Shown: positions 28,050-42,502 of the stretch, in pieces
Numbering within the stretch: the stretch's first letter is position 1
Layout: each line of letters starts with the position of its first letter
NCBI GenBank assembly: GCA_013239625.1
Contig: MU056000.1
Coordinates: 14,409,787 to 14,473,786 of the forward strand
Length of the DNA stretch: 64,000 bases
Source: Lama guanicoe
Lineage: Eukaryota
Direction of reading: 5' to 3'
The notes under the pieces: model-generated
The model's input: the letters and a program-made list of their open reading frames with translations, nothing else
Told to the model about the DNA's origin: nothing
The model's database searches: none
Made by a program: the position numbers and the translations under genes

Positions 28050-31000
28050 GAATCCAGGAAAAAATGGAGGAATAGGGACTAAATTTTCTTACCACCTTGA
28101 GATAACTTATGAAACAATAGTTTCAAAACACTAGACATCACCAATGAACAACAGCAATCCCTAAAATACTGGAAATAAACAAGGTAAGTACAAAAAATTT
28201 TCTGGAAAGAATTTCCAAGAAATTGTTCAAGGAGAGGAAATACAAGAGAAGCCCAGCAGATCTCCTGAATGAGAAAAGACAGAATTAAAGAATCAGAGAG
28301 AATAAAATGGCTAGAGATTATGAACCAGAGTCCTGGCAAGGAGAGAGCTACACAAAAAACAGAATCCCAGAAATCTGCAGCAGATACTCCTGGGGAAATT
28401 AGTTGAGTATTCATGAGCACATGCAGGTAAGGAAACTATCAGTGCACAGGGGCAGAAGCAGCAGTCAGGTTTAGAAGTGAAGGTTAACAATATTCACACA
28501 GGGCCACGCATAGTGCCTCTCCTTTCCAGCCAGAGTGGATATCTTCATGATTCAAGGGCCCTGAGACCTGAACTTAGAAGATGTTTCAGGAGTGTAGAAA
28601 AATAACTAAATGCTGCTATTGGCCCATAAAAAATCTTGAAAGTAAGACAAAAATAAGCAGTTTCCATGTAATTTAACTGCATTACACAAAAAGCTCAAGA
28701 ACTTTTATAGGAAAACAAATATATCAAACACCCCAAAAAGTAAAATTTCTAACCCCTGGAATTTAATCAAAGATTAAACCAGGAATGTCATAGTCAGGAA
28801 AATACAACATACATAAACTGACTCATAACTCTTACAAGTATTATAATTGTCAGAAAAGATGTTAAAACAAATGAAATAAAGTATAACCAAAGTTCCATAT
28901 GTTAGAAAAATAAAGTAGAATCATGGAAATTAGAAAAAGACCCACATTGCCTGTCCAGAGATGAGAACTTCAACATGGGAGGTTAAAATATATTGGATGG
29001 AATTATGGGCAGAACAGATCTTACAGAAGAAAAGATTTGTAAACTTTAGAATACAGGAATAAGAACTAACCTAAATGAAACACAGAAAGAAAATAATTTT
29101 CTTTTATAAAAAGAGGCATTGTAAAACTAAACAGTATTACATGCAATGGTTGTTCCCAAGGAATAAGAGACGGAGCAGAGATTTAAAAAATTGAAAAGAA
29201 AAAAAAAAAAAGAAAAGGTAGAATGTTTCAAATTTGGTGAACATCAGGAAACCACAGACGAAGACTATTAACATATATCAAGTATGAGAAACATGAAGAA
29301 AAGTACAACTTGGGAGAGTTTCCAGTCTGCATTGCACTTCAGGGAGGAGATATACAGGATAAGCCTGGTAGACCTATATGATCAAACTGCAGGATACATA
29401 TGACCAAGAGAACATATTAGAAACAGTTAAATAATGTAGACATATTAGGTACAGAGGGACAAAGACAAGCATGACAACAGATTTCTTGTCAGAAACTTTT
29501 TCAATTATAAGACAGAAGAACAATTTCTTTAAATTAATGAAGGTTAAAAAAAAACTCAACTGAGATTTCTATACCTTGCAAGTTTTTTTTTTTTCAAAGT
29601 TAAGGCAAAAGAAACATTTTCTTCAAATATACAATTATACTGATAAGGAGAAAGAGAGACAAGTCATACTTGACCAAAACCATGAATAAGAGAGTTGCCA
29701 TCATTAATTTTTTAAAAGGATAATTAAGTTATATTACAAATAATTTTATGCCAGTGAATTTGACAACCTGGATTAAATGGACAAATTGCATGAAAGACAC
29801 AAACTACCAAAACTCACTCAAGAAAACAAAATTGGAAAATTAATAGCCTAACATCTATTAAAGGTATTTAATTAGTATTTTAAAGTGCTAAAAGGAAGTC
29901 TAGACCCAGATAGTTTCTCTAGTAAATTCTTCCAAGTATTTGAAAATGAAGTCAAAGAAATTTCACACAAACTCTTCCATGATATTGAAAAAGAAAGACT
30001 GAAATCCCTTTCATTCTGTGAGTCCAGAATTACCTTGAAACAAAAAACAGGCACAGACATTACATCATTGGTACAAAAGATCCAAAAAAATTAGCAAATC
30101 AAACAAACAAAAGAATAATACATTGTGGCCAAGGGAGTTTAATCTGGGAATTCAAGTTTGACATGGAAAATCAATTGAAATGACACACTTTATATAACAT
30201 AAAAATCTATCTCAATTTTTTAAAAGGCTTTGGCAAAATCTAATGCTCATTAATTCCCAACGATAAATCTCTGGAAATTAGGAATAGAAGGAACCTTCAT
30301 GAAACTGACAAAGGACATCTACAAAATATGAACAACCAACATCATGTTTAATGCTGAAAGACACGTGTTTTCCTTCTCCCCAAGAAAAGGAAATACACAA
30401 GGATATCTATTCTCATCAATTAATTCAATATTGTACAGGAGGTTCTTGACAGTGAAAGGAAGGAATAATAAAGAATAAAGGGCAAGCAAAATGGAAAGAA
30501 AGAAGTATAAGGTATTCTTCACAGATGAAATGATCATCCATGTAGGAAATCTGATTGAAACTATAAAAAGTTAATATACTTAGTTTGGTAAGATTGCAGG
30601 TTATAAAATCAAATCAAAGAAAATCAATCTGTAAACTATCAACAAAGAATCAGAAAATTAATTTCAAACTTATTGTCATTTATGACAAAACAAAAACATG
30701 AAGCATTTAAGGTAAATCTGACAAAATATATGAAATATCTGCACAACAAAAAATTGTAAAACAAAGATGAGGAAAATTCAACTACATTTAAATAAAATAA
30801 GAGAAATATTCTGTTCGAGTCAGAAAATGCAGTACTTTCAAAAGGTCTATCCTCCACAAATTCATCCATAGATGCACCATAATTCCAAATGAAATCCCAG
30901 TAAACTTTTTCATTGAAACTGACAAACTTAGATTTAAATTCACATGGAAATGAAAAAAACCTAGAGTAACCAAGTCAGTCATAAAGAAGAACAAAGTAAG

Positions 31001-32300
31001 AAACTAATTGTCTGATTTTAAGACATTATAAATCTACAGGAAATAAGATAATGTAGTATTGGCATAAAAACAATCAAATAAATCAATGGCACATCATAGA
31101 GATCCTAGAAACAAGCTCAATCATAAATGGGCAATTGATTTTTGAAAAAGGGGCCAAGACAATTACTAGAAAAAGGCTAGTCCTTGCAACAAATGATGCT
31201 AGAAAAATTAATTGCACCATATACCAAATTCAACTTAAAGTGGATCATAGACCTAAACAGAAGAACTACATTAAATCTTCCAGAATAAACCATAAGGTAA
31301 AAATGTGACTTTGGATAACACAAAGATGTGTAAGATATCTGTCTTTGTCTACCTATTTACCTACTTATCTATCAGCATGAAATATAAGAGAATAAAAAGA
31401 CAAGTAAAGAAATGAATTATTTGCAAAGCATTTTTCTCACAAATAATTTGTATTTGGAATATATATATAGAACTCTCAGACTGTGATAAGGGAACAGGCT
31501 AATTGGGAAAACATTTAAACAGACATTTCACCAAGAAGATATATGAAAGTAAATAAGCAGCTAAAAATATGCTCAACAACATTAGTCATTAGGGAAATTC
31601 AAAATAAAACCACATGAGATACTTCTTCACCCATATTAAAATTGCTAAAACGAAAAAGATAAATCATATCAAGGGTAGACAGGAATGTGGAGAAACTTGA
31701 ACTCTCATACACTGCTGGTGGGAATATAAAAGCATACAATCACTTTACAAAAGAGTTTAATGTACATTCATCATATGATACAGCCGTTCAACCCCTTGGC
31801 ATTCACCCAAGAGAAAATAAAGTATAGTTCCACACAAAGACTCTGTATGAGTGTTCATATCCACCGCATTTGCCATGGACAAAATCTGGAGACAACCGAA
31901 ATGTCTCTCAACAGATGAGTGGTTACAAAAGTAAAAATCCATGGTATATTCATTTGTGGAATACTACTTGGAAATGAAAAGGATTCAACTGTTGGCACAT
32001 GATCCAGTATGGATAAATCTAAGATAATTCTGCTTAATGAAAACAGCTAGACAAAAAAAATACATATAATATCATTCTATTTACAAAATTTCTAGAACAT
32101 AGAATGTAATCTACAATACCAGATACCAGATAAAGAGATGGAAAGGCAGATAGGTCTATAAAAAAGGGAGTACTAAATGGAAAGAGGAAACTTTTCCAGA
32201 CAATATCAACTGCCTTGATTGTGCTGATGATTTCACAATATGCATTTATTTGAAATCATATCAAATTTTACAATAATGCAAACATGTTATTAGTTAAACA
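28050..32300 (+). mobile_element. Old L1 (L1M-type), ~4.2 kb, internally deleted
   Basis: 5'/ORF1 remnant, then ORF2 remnant (gacacaaactaccaaaactcactcaagaa; ttcacagatgaaatgatc; ctgctggtgggaat), then 3' UTR. Confidence 0.9.
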
Positions 32301-34944
32301 AGTATTAAAGAAAAATACAGAGAATATGGACTTTCTGGAAGGAGAATTTATGATGTGAATTAGCTTTAATTAAAGTGGCAAAATATATGTACTAGAAGAG
32401 CAACATCATTTAAGTATTTTAAGTATAAAATTGCATACAAAAAAGGAAAAAATGACAATACCATGGTTGCTAATACTAAAGATAAATCAAAATAATAGTA
32501 TATGCATCCAAGCATGGATTTGACTTGTTAGATTTTTAAGACAATGCTCTGTGCTTTTATTTTACCATAAAAGTTAAAGAAAAAGGAGCAGTTAACTAAA
32601 AATGTAAAAGGATTTAGTTGGCAGTGAGAGGAGTATATCCTAACATAGCTTTAGACTCAAATTTGGGGTAAGAATCAATTAAGCCAATGTATATGGAAGT
32701 TCTTTAGTGTTGAAAATAGTATGCATGGAAGAATTTATTTTCTGTATTACTTTGAAAAATTCTTCACACATAGGTGTTTAAAAATGGTTATTGACTTGAC
32801 TTTGATACATTACTAACTCTGTATGTGAATCTGAAAAATTTGATGACTTTCTTCCATTTTAATTGGATTGCCTAAAGATTTTCTAAGTAGGTAGCAATCT
32901 TTGAATTTATTTTACAGGTTCAGATGCAATTTAAAATGTGATAAGTTCTAAAGCAAAGACTAACAATAGTATCGAATCGTACTTGTTTCCACTTGGATCC
33001 ATCTTAACATCTGTCCAGCTACGTTAAATCCATGCTGTCTTCCAATCCTAGAGGCTCTACCCAGTGAAGGCTGAGGAAGTGTAGTTTATTAAAGGCTCAG
33101 TAAGCCAATGTTTTATTCTCAAATGTTGACTTCTATTTTGTGCTGCTTATTTGCAAAAGAAAGACCTATTGCATTCTACCTTAAGAATAGAAAACTATTC
33201 TGTAGAAGTTTAGTGACTGAGAAAAAAACACAAAGTTGATAGAGAGGAATTACAGAATGATTTACAAAGTTAAACAAACAGTGAGATTGGGATTCACTAG
33301 GTTTTCATCTTTTTCCCCTTTATGTAAATAAATTACCAATCAAATTAGAACATTTTTGGAATATGTTATTTATATTTTTTTGGACAATTTGAAAAAAAAA
33401 AAGTTGCACTTGCACTCTACCTTTGAGTAGTAGATGATGACCAAAAATGTAAATAGAGATGTAAACAGAAGTGTAAATATGAGATAATAATATGTGCCAG
33501 GTGTTGCATTACTAACTACTCAAACAAACTTTGTTGTTGTTGTTGTCATTGTTTTGTAGTACAAAAGATAATAATGTTTAGGCATAATTTTCTTAATCTT
33601 AATATCTAACAAGTGCCAGAACTGAGCTTTGACCCCACATCTCAGATTTCTCTGACACCAGAGTCTACGTATAAGCATTACTCATTGCATTATTTCTGTC
33701 TTTGAAGTGGAGTGCCTGGCCATGGTGTGCGCGTGTGATCTGTGCTTATCCTACTGGCTGAGAGATTTTAGGGATGAAGCCTTGGTGGTGCCTTGATGGC
33801 AAAAATGAAGTCCTACTTCCACAAAAATAATAATTACTAATTCCTCAGAGACAGACTTACATGTTTTTAAAAAATATATAACTCATGCTTATTTTGATGC
33901 ATTGTTTAAATTCTCAATAAATACCTGTTATCTAAATCTGGTATCTGAATGATTAGTCAGGAAGAAGTTGCGGAATGAAAGTGACAAGTTTAGTTAAGCA
34001 TATACATAGGATACACTCCAAATGCTAGAACTTTGTCTCAATGCAATCCCTAAGTGCAAAGTTATCTAATAAAACTTGTTTCTGTTTGGGCCACTTCTTA
34101 GCATTAAAACTATACCAAGGAATATTGGTGGACTATCACATTGGATTCACAATCCTGACTTCATAATTATAAACATTTTGGCATATATGCTTTATCTACA
34201 TATTTTGATACACTTTTTTTTATCACAAATCCTACCTGTGAAAAATTTCTTCTAAATAGTTTAGCATGTAGCTTTGAAAAATAAAGATATTTTCTTACAT
34301 AATGACAAGTACAGCACCATTATTTTAGTTAATAAAATAATCAGTCATTCTGTATTATCTAACATCCTATTTAAGTAGAAATAACTCTGTCTCCAAATAT
34401 ATTTTTACATTTTTCTTGTTCTAAGCAGAATTCTGAGTCCAAAAATAGAATTTCAGCTAAATATTCTTCTAATTTTAGAAAGTAAAATTTAACATTAAAC
34501 AATTAACTGAATAAATCAGAGTTCTGAAATAAATATATCACTATAATAAACTCATTAATTATGTTTATAACTGTAACCTGAACCAGTGAAACTTAATAAT
34601 CAGAAAGGCCCCAGTTCAAGGACTGGCTCTTGGGAACCACAAATTTATTCATACTCCCAATTATCAAATAATGAGCCTAAGGCCCAGAAAGGGTACATTA
34701 ATTACAAACGATCACACAGCTAACAAGGGTCAAAAAAGAAGAGCTACCAATAAAGCTTGGAACTCTGGACTCTCAGTTGATATTACTCAACTGAAAATGA
34801 ATGACCAGTGATTGGAATATTGAAAATTAAATAGTATTTAGGTATTTTGCTCAGAATATAAATATTCAAAAAAAAAGAGACAATTTCAACACGGACTGAG
34901 AAAAGCAAGTAAATACAATTTACCGTAACTTACAAGCAACATAC

Positions 34945-35007
34945 TACTGAATAATAGCCTCTTTGAAGGGTGCTGAATCTTGTGTTTGAAATTTCATTTT
35001 GCATAAT
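34945..35007 (-). CDS. Candidate exon E8, 63 nt, IMQNEISNTRFSTLQRGYYSV
   Basis: Acceptor ttctctattacatttggttag|ATT; donor GTA|gtatgt; open, phase 0-0. Confidence 0.35.
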
Positions 35008-36368
35008 CTAACCAAATGTAATAGAGAAGTTTTCAGAATCAGACTGTCAGTCAAAGCAATTACACATAGACATGCACCGACATTTTTCTGTTCAAAAAAG
35101 TATCTTTGATATGGTCATGAGTTCTGCTAGGAGACCACCAGACTTGTCATTTGCACTCAGTGTCCCTGGACCCATATGTCCATACTGGACTAGCTTTATC
35201 ATTTCAACAGTGGAAAAAACAATAAAAAACATTCAAATAAATTGCCTACTTCCACAATGATTGGAAAACCTCAATTTGGATATGTTTAAAAGGATTCAAG
35301 AAATTGATTTAAGCATGAGGGAGTGACAAAATTTCATAGTTTGAATTGGGTGAAAATGAAAATAATATGGTTTATTTATGATAAATAGATGCAAATATTA
35401 TACTTCTTGGCACTTTATGATTTTCAAAACTTCTGAAATTAGTAAAATTCATTGAATTTCTTTGAATGGTCATGATTTTTTTTTGTATGTTATTATCATA
35501 TACAATATTGTTATGTATAAGGTCCTTTTCTTTGCACCCAACTTTTAAAATCATTAACCAATGGGATAAAGAAAGAACCTTGTTAATCTCCCCAATCAAG
35601 GCAAAAAAAAAAATCTAAACATTTTTTTCCTTGAACTTATTCAGGCTTTAAGCAACAGAAATGTCTAGCTATGCAAAGCATCAGTTTGAGAGGAAGCCTC
35701 AAAACTTAAAAATCTTATGTTTTGGCTTGGTATCTCAGCGGGTGATTTCCTAGTGCCCAGGAGTTGCACTAAATCAGAACTAAATGGCCATTTGTCAGCA
35801 GATACGGCTAAAGTTCTCCACAACAGCTTTTCTTGTCCTTGTAGCCCAGGCTAATAAATAAAGCCTGCACCTACACTAAAATTGGTCCCAAACTTCATTT
35901 TACCTTCTTACAAAGCAATCTGGATACACCGTTTTCACAATAATGTTGAAATAGATGGTATTATGTTGTAGTATATTCTAGTTTAAAACAAATGAAGTTA
36001 TACCAAAACGGGTTCTAAAACACTTTTATATCCCCATAAATATGCCTGGATTTGAATCTCAAAACAAATGTGACCAAAAAACGATTTATTTTTTCCAAGG
36101 TAAAATTGAAATCACAACAATGGGGAAGTAAAAAGAACGGATGCCAACAGACCAGCTGTGATATAGAGAAAGTTCTACAAATATAATCAGGAAATCGATG
36201 TGTGAATGCCAGCTTAATCAAGATGGAGTTGTTTAATAGGTTTTACTGTGAAGAAATGGGGATGTTGATACCTACCTTATCAGATTATTATGAACTCTCA
36301 ATGAGAAAATAACCAATATTGCAGCCCCTGGCACAGCGTCTGACTTGTAATTATGCATAAAAGCTCAC

Positions 36369-36406
36369 CAAGTTGAATAACTTGATTCGAGAGCGGTCAT
36401 GGGCCC
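36369..36406 (-). CDS. Candidate exon E7, 38 nt, (G)AHDRSRIKLFNL
   Basis: Acceptor tgttcaaatag|GGG (alternative tgtag| 11 nt upstream); donor TTG|gtgagc. Contains CpGs, unlike its flanks. Confidence 0.5.
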
Positions 36407-37107
36407 CTATTTGAACACTACACATTAAAAACACCTCACATACAGAGCACAGTGACAAAACCTGCATGGGCTGCTGTAGAACAGAAATCCTCAGTATTTG
36501 TTTGAGTCCTTCCTTGGCGCTGAGTCTTAATCGCAATACGGAATCAGATTTCAGAAAGTAGTAAGAGACCACTAATATATCAATGGCTAATACCATCACT
36601 CTGAGCCACAGATGACAAGACGTTAAGGACAAAAGGACATAGTAATATCCACATGTTGTAATTGTTGTTTTAAGGAATAGAGGGGTGGCTGAGGGTGAGC
36701 CAGAGAGTGACCCTCAACATTTGAGGAAGGCAGAGCAGCAGTATATGGAATTATGGAAAATATCCATAGATTCGTAAAAGTGGTGCTAAGTACAGGAGGC
36801 TGTAAAGCCAAATGATAGTTGCTTACTACATAGTTTGGCCTTGAGTTAATTCCTTAAAATACCCAGTTAAACACATAGCAATTAAGTCAGAAGATGTGTG
36901 CAGAGGACATATTATGGTTTTACAAATCTTCCTCATAAGAATCCCCTCCCGAATTTTGCAAACTTTATTCAGGTGAACATTTGTGTATCAATTATTGCAT
37001 GCTGTAATTAGGAAGCCACTTAAAAATGCAGCTGTGTTTTCCAAATGATCCATATTTCAGTATGATTTTTTTTCTATCCCTTTGTTGTTCTTTTCATTTA
37101 CTTAAAC

Positions 37108-37156
37108 CTTTCATAGTCACAGATCTATTGAGAATTTGATTAAAGGTATGCAAACT
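37108..37156 (-). CDS. Candidate exon E6, 49 nt, SLHTFNQILNRSVTMK(G)
   Basis: Strong polypyrimidine acceptor ending ttcttgcctag|AGT; weak donor AAG|gtttaa, or same-phase TAA|gtaaat 6 nt downstream. Only phase 0 is open. Confidence 0.4.
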
Positions 37157-38312
37157 CTAGGCAAGAAAAAAATACATAAAGAAACGAAGATTTGCACATG
37201 TTTTAAAGGGATCTGAAACAGGAGTTCAAGTGTTTTACTTAAAAAAAAGCAGGAAATGAAATGTGAATCCACCATTAGAAAGAAACCAACAATTCTAAAT
37301 ACCACAGTGCCTCAACCATGGCACTTATCTTATTGAATATACCTATACACACTCCTGATGGGTAAGAGCAAAGGATTGGTGCCAGAAGGACCTGCGGTTG
37401 ATCCAGGTTCAGCTTCCTCATCAATAAAATGGAGACAGTACACTTGTGTTATTCTAAATAATAAATGAAATTGTATATCCCAATCACTTAGTAACTGGCT
37501 TAGACTGGGCATTCAATAATTCATATTCATAAAGTAAAAATATCCAGCATTTGGGAATTTTTTTCTTTCATTAAGGAAACATCACATGGTAGGTTAACCA
37601 GCTACTCCACACCTGGGAGCTCAGCTCTTTTTCTCGAGCTCAGCTTAGCTCCATGACATCCTACTGGTTTTCTCCCCATCCTCTCATCCAGTGAGCCATG
37701 TCAGTCACAGTTCATTTCTTCACAATGAATGCCTTCAAAACCATCCAGCCTAACAATTTGCTAATCTAACAAGATAGTTCATGCTAATAAGTAGAGTCAA
37801 GTTCTTCCTCCCTCACCTCTTACCAAACATCTGTGCTTTGATATTTCTTTGTGTATTTTAAGAGCCATCCCCTATTAAACTAGCTCTTCACCACTCTTGT
37901 TCCTCAGTTCAATTCAATTAATATTTACTAATCTATTTTATGCTAAGGAATGTGCTTTACCCAGAGGGCAGGGAGTTTCAGTCAAGGATGCAGAAAGGTA
38001 GAATACAAATGCAAGTAAATTAAAGACACTGTCCTCAATTCAGTTAGTTAACTATTGTTATGAGGATAGACTCGGTAAGAAAGAGTTGTCATTCTGTAAA
38101 AAGTGAGACAAAGACACATTTTTTTGGAAAACAAAATTCTAGTAGTTTAAGACTCAGCATTTAGACACTATGACTTAATAATAGGTAAAGTCTGATAAAT
38201 AATAACAAAAGGGAAAGTTTAATTGAAAGGAAAATTGATAGAATATTTAGAAACAAGATAATGTTTGAGAATAATTGCAATTAACTCAAAGAAGACATTA
38301 TACTTCAAGAAA

Positions 38313-39029
38313 GTCATCCTTTTTCCAAATAGCTAATTAATTTGTTTACTTTGAGCTCATCCAAAAATAAATAATTACTAATCAACACACTCTAAATATT
38401 TATTCTTTGATTTATGTAAACTTTAAGTGTGTGATCACTGAATTAAACAATGTTTCTTATAAGTATTTTTTTAAGAAGTTGAAGATTTTTATGAGATTTG
38501 AAATACTGAAGAGATGGATTTAATGCAGACTGGTTGAAAGTTATTTCTTCAGTGAGATGTGTCAAACAGATGACACTGTTGAGTAAATGAAAAAGGATAA
38601 ATGTTTGACTTTAAGCAACATGGGTGTTGCTGTTCATCAACAAATGTGAAAGGAACTTGAAAGCATATAAGGTCATCCTTTTTCCAAATAGCTAATTAAT
38701 TTGTTTACTTTGTGCTCATCCAAAAATATATAATTACTAATCAACACACTCTAAATATTTATTCTTTGATTTATATAAACTTTAAGTGTGTGATCACTGA
38801 ATTAAGCAATGTTTCTTATAAGTATTTTTTTAAGAAGTTGAAGATTTTTATGAGATTTGAAATACTGAAGAGATGGATTTAATGCAGACTGGTTGAAAGT
38901 TATTTCTTCAGTGAGACGTGTCAAACAGATGACACTGTTGAGTAAGTGAAAAAGGATAAATGTTTGACTTTAAGCAAAATGGGTGTTGCTGTTCATCAAC
39001 AAATGTGAAAGGAACTTGAAAGCATATAA
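38313..39029. repeat. Tandem duplication, two 358-bp copies (38313-38670 and 38672-39029)
   Basis: Direct comparison gtcatcctttttcc...agcatataa; 7 substitutions seen. Confidence 0.95.
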
Positions 39030-40287
39030 TCATATCCTTCCTTATGAACTGTCAGCTGGATTCTGCCCTCCAAAGGATAGAAGATGCTCATAAATCTGTG
39101 ATGGCTACATGACAACAGAAAAACAGTCAACATGAGGAATAAGCACACACTCTCCTTGTCCTGGACTCCAACACCCAAACAAGTGGCAGCAAGAACAATG
39201 AAAATGTTGAGGACCCCTTTTCTCTTTAGCAAGGTAGTCCCTGATGTTCCTTCTCAGGATTACTTCTTTTGATAGAACACATACATCTCAACACTGTAAC
39301 TAGAAACAAGAGTTTTTACCAGTTCAAATCCAACACAGACAAGCATCAGTCCCAGGTGACCTTTTGCAGGTAGAGGACCCATGCTGATTGCTTGGCATCA
39401 TTTGCCTGTAAGTATCACTCTTCTTTGTTTTAGAATAAACAGTGAGCAAATGTTGAACTTAATAGAATCATATTTTATTTTTGTTTTAGCTGATATTTAA
39501 AAAAAAACTGTCTATAGTCCCATAAAAATATTGCCAATTTCTATTTTATCCATAGTGCTTCTCTAAATTGATAATTATATCTATATCATAGCATACCTTT
39601 GAGGGGTAAATGAGTTTATAAACACCAGTCCCTTGCTGGGTAACTGCACTATTAGTCATTTGCAAGATGTAGTCATATTGATGGCAAATAGAACTATATA
39701 GTCTATTATATATGGTCAGTCAGAAAGTCATGTAATTTACCTTGTTTCTTTATGTAATCATATAAGGAATACTTAGTGGACTAGGAAAGGTATATAGAAA
39801 CAAACAAACAAAACTCCTAAAACTACTACTGGGTAAGTACAATAGATATTTTTTATTTTTTCTAACTGTATAAAATAGTATGTATAGACATTTATAGAAT
39901 AGAAATATACTAATATTCACATTTTTGAGATGGGAAAAAATTAAATAACTTAAGTAACTATGTAATATGCAATTTCCCCATAATTGCAAAAGAAAATAAT
40001 AATCCATTGAAAATGGTATGAGGTAAAATTTGAGTGTGAAAATCTATAAATTTTGTGCTCACATTAATTTCAATTAAGTATATAAAATTGTATACTTGAT
40101 TGTCTACCAAGGTTGAGATAATTTTTTTTTAAATTATGGAACAACTATTAATTATTTTACAACGTAGAATGGAGTCTGGGGTTCTACTCTGCTCAACATT
40201 CAACAGGTACATTTTGAATTCTGTTGTTATTGAATTTAATTTGTCTACTGAAGATAATTTAATCATGTGTTTACAGTGGACACGTAC

Positions 40288-40332
40288 CTTTCTGAAAATT
40301 GTCTTTCTGTGAAAATTTGGATTTAATGTTTC
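40288..40332 (-). CDS. Candidate exon E5 copy b (duplicate), 45 nt
   Basis: Identical to 42458-42502 including splice sites; lies in the other copy of the 2.17-kb duplication. Confidence 0.5.
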
Positions 40333-42457
40333 CTGCCTTATTATAAAAGAGAGCAAGAGTATGAACATTCTTCTGAAATGTAAGCCCTTAATGGAGGACA
40401 CTGCTAACTGTAAATTGGAAATTAAAAAAAAAAAGATGTAGATTGAGAGGAAAATTACAAACATACTAACCATGCAGTGGCAAAAATTTCCTTTTTCAAG
40501 GATATTGATCTTAAGTCTGCCTTAATTCATTAAATACTGCTATTGTCTTGATATTTACATCCTCAAATGTTATGTTTTATAGTTAAAGAATGACTTTAAA
40601 GAGTCAAAATTTAAGTGAGATTTAACTTAAAATTGATATAAATATATGGTTAGGTTTCAACTGACAGTGTAAAATCTCTTCTTCCAGCTTTTCTTCTTTT
40701 TTTAGTAATTTGCATTAATTTTGAATCTGACAAGTACACTTAAATTCACTTGGTAAACAGTGTCATATTCTCCCTCTTTATATTGCATAGACTTCTGTTT
40801 ACATTTGACTTAAAGCCACGGAAACTTGGACTAACATTAAAAGTCTAATCAAGCTTTACTTTGTAAAACAATGAAATGTGTGATGTTCTGTCCACTCTAA
40901 TATAACCCTTTCTGAAGGTGTGCTAGGCGTCTTAGTCTCACACGCAGAGCAAATGATTCAGTGTAAATATAATTCTGTTTACAATTACCTACAATCTTAA
41001 GGATGATACTGTAAAATATAAACATAATAAATAATGTAATAATAAAATATATATTAACATTTCAATTTTCAAAGTTATTTATGTTTAATTCACGTCCTGG
41101 GGCATGAAAATGGATGTAAGTTTTTTTCACAAACACACACACACATGCACACACACAAACCTGTTGTATTTTTCCTGCAATGATCAAGTATACTCATGAT
41201 GATAAAGTCTTATTAATAATAAAGGAATTTACTTATTAAGATAATTGAGCGATGTATGCCACAAAACCTTTCATGATACAATTAAACAGAAAAACAGTCA
41301 ACATGAGGAATAAGCACACACTCTCCTTGTCCTGGACTCCAACACCCAAACAAGTGGCAGCAAGAACAATGAAAATGTTGAGGACCCCTTTTCTCTTTAG
41401 CAAGGTAGTCCCTGATGTTCCTTCTCAGGATTACTTCTTTTGATAGAACACATACATCTCAACACTGTAACTAGAAACAAGAGTTTTTACCAGTTCAAAT
41501 CCAACACAGACAAGCATCAGTCCCAGGTGACCTTTTGCAGGTAGAGGACCCATGCTGATTGCTTGGCATCATTTGCCTGTAAGTATCACTCTTCTTTGTT
41601 TTAGAATAAACAGTGAGCAAATGTTGAACTTAATAGAATCATATTTTATTTTTGTTTTAGCTGATATTTAAAAAAAAACTGTCTATAGTCCCATAAAAAT
41701 ATTGCCAATTTCTATTTTATCCATAGTGCTTCTCTAAATTGATAATTATATCTATATCATAGCATACCTTTGAGGGGTAAATGAGTTTATAAACACCAGT
41801 CCCTTGCTGGGTAACTGCACTATTAGTCATTTGCAAGATGTAGTCATATTGATGGCAAATAGAACTATATAGTCTATTATATATGGTCAGTCAGAAAGTC
41901 ATGTAATTTACCTTGTTTCTTTATGTAACCATATAAGGAATACTTAGTGGACTAGGAAAGGTATATAGAAACAAACAAACAAAACTCCTAAAACTACTAC
42001 TGGGTAAGTACAATAGATATTTTTTATTTTTTCTAACTGTATAAAATAGTATGTATAGACATTTATAGAATAGAAATATACTAATATTCACATTTTTGAG
42101 ATGGGAAAAAATTAAATAACTTAAGTAACTATGTAATATGCAATTTCCCCATAATTGCAAAAGAAAATAATAATCCATTGAAAATGGTATGAGGTAAAAT
42201 TTGAGTGTGAAAATCTATAAATTTTGTGCTCACATTAATTTCAATTAAGTATATAAAATTGTATACTTGATTGTCTACCAAGGTTGAGATAATTTTTTTT
42301 AAATTATGGAACAACTATTAATTATTTTACAACGTAGAATGGAGTCTGGGGTTCTACTCTGCTCAACATTCAACAGGTACATTTTGAATTCTGTTGTTAT
42401 TGAATTTAATTTGTCTACTGAAGATAATTTAATCATGTGTTTACAGTGGACACGTAC

Positions 42458-42502
42458 CTTTCTGAAAATTGTCTTTCTGTGAAAATTTGGATTTAATGTT
42501 TC
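42458..42502 (-). CDS. Candidate exon E5 copy a, 45 nt (ETLNPNFHRKTIFRK or GNIKSKFSQKDNFQK)
   Basis: Acceptor ctcttgctctcttttataataaggcag|GAA; donor AAG|gtacgt; length divisible by 3. Confidence 0.5.

Noticed and set aside
28050..32300. Active full-length L1
   Set aside because: Many stops, frameshifts and internal deletions.
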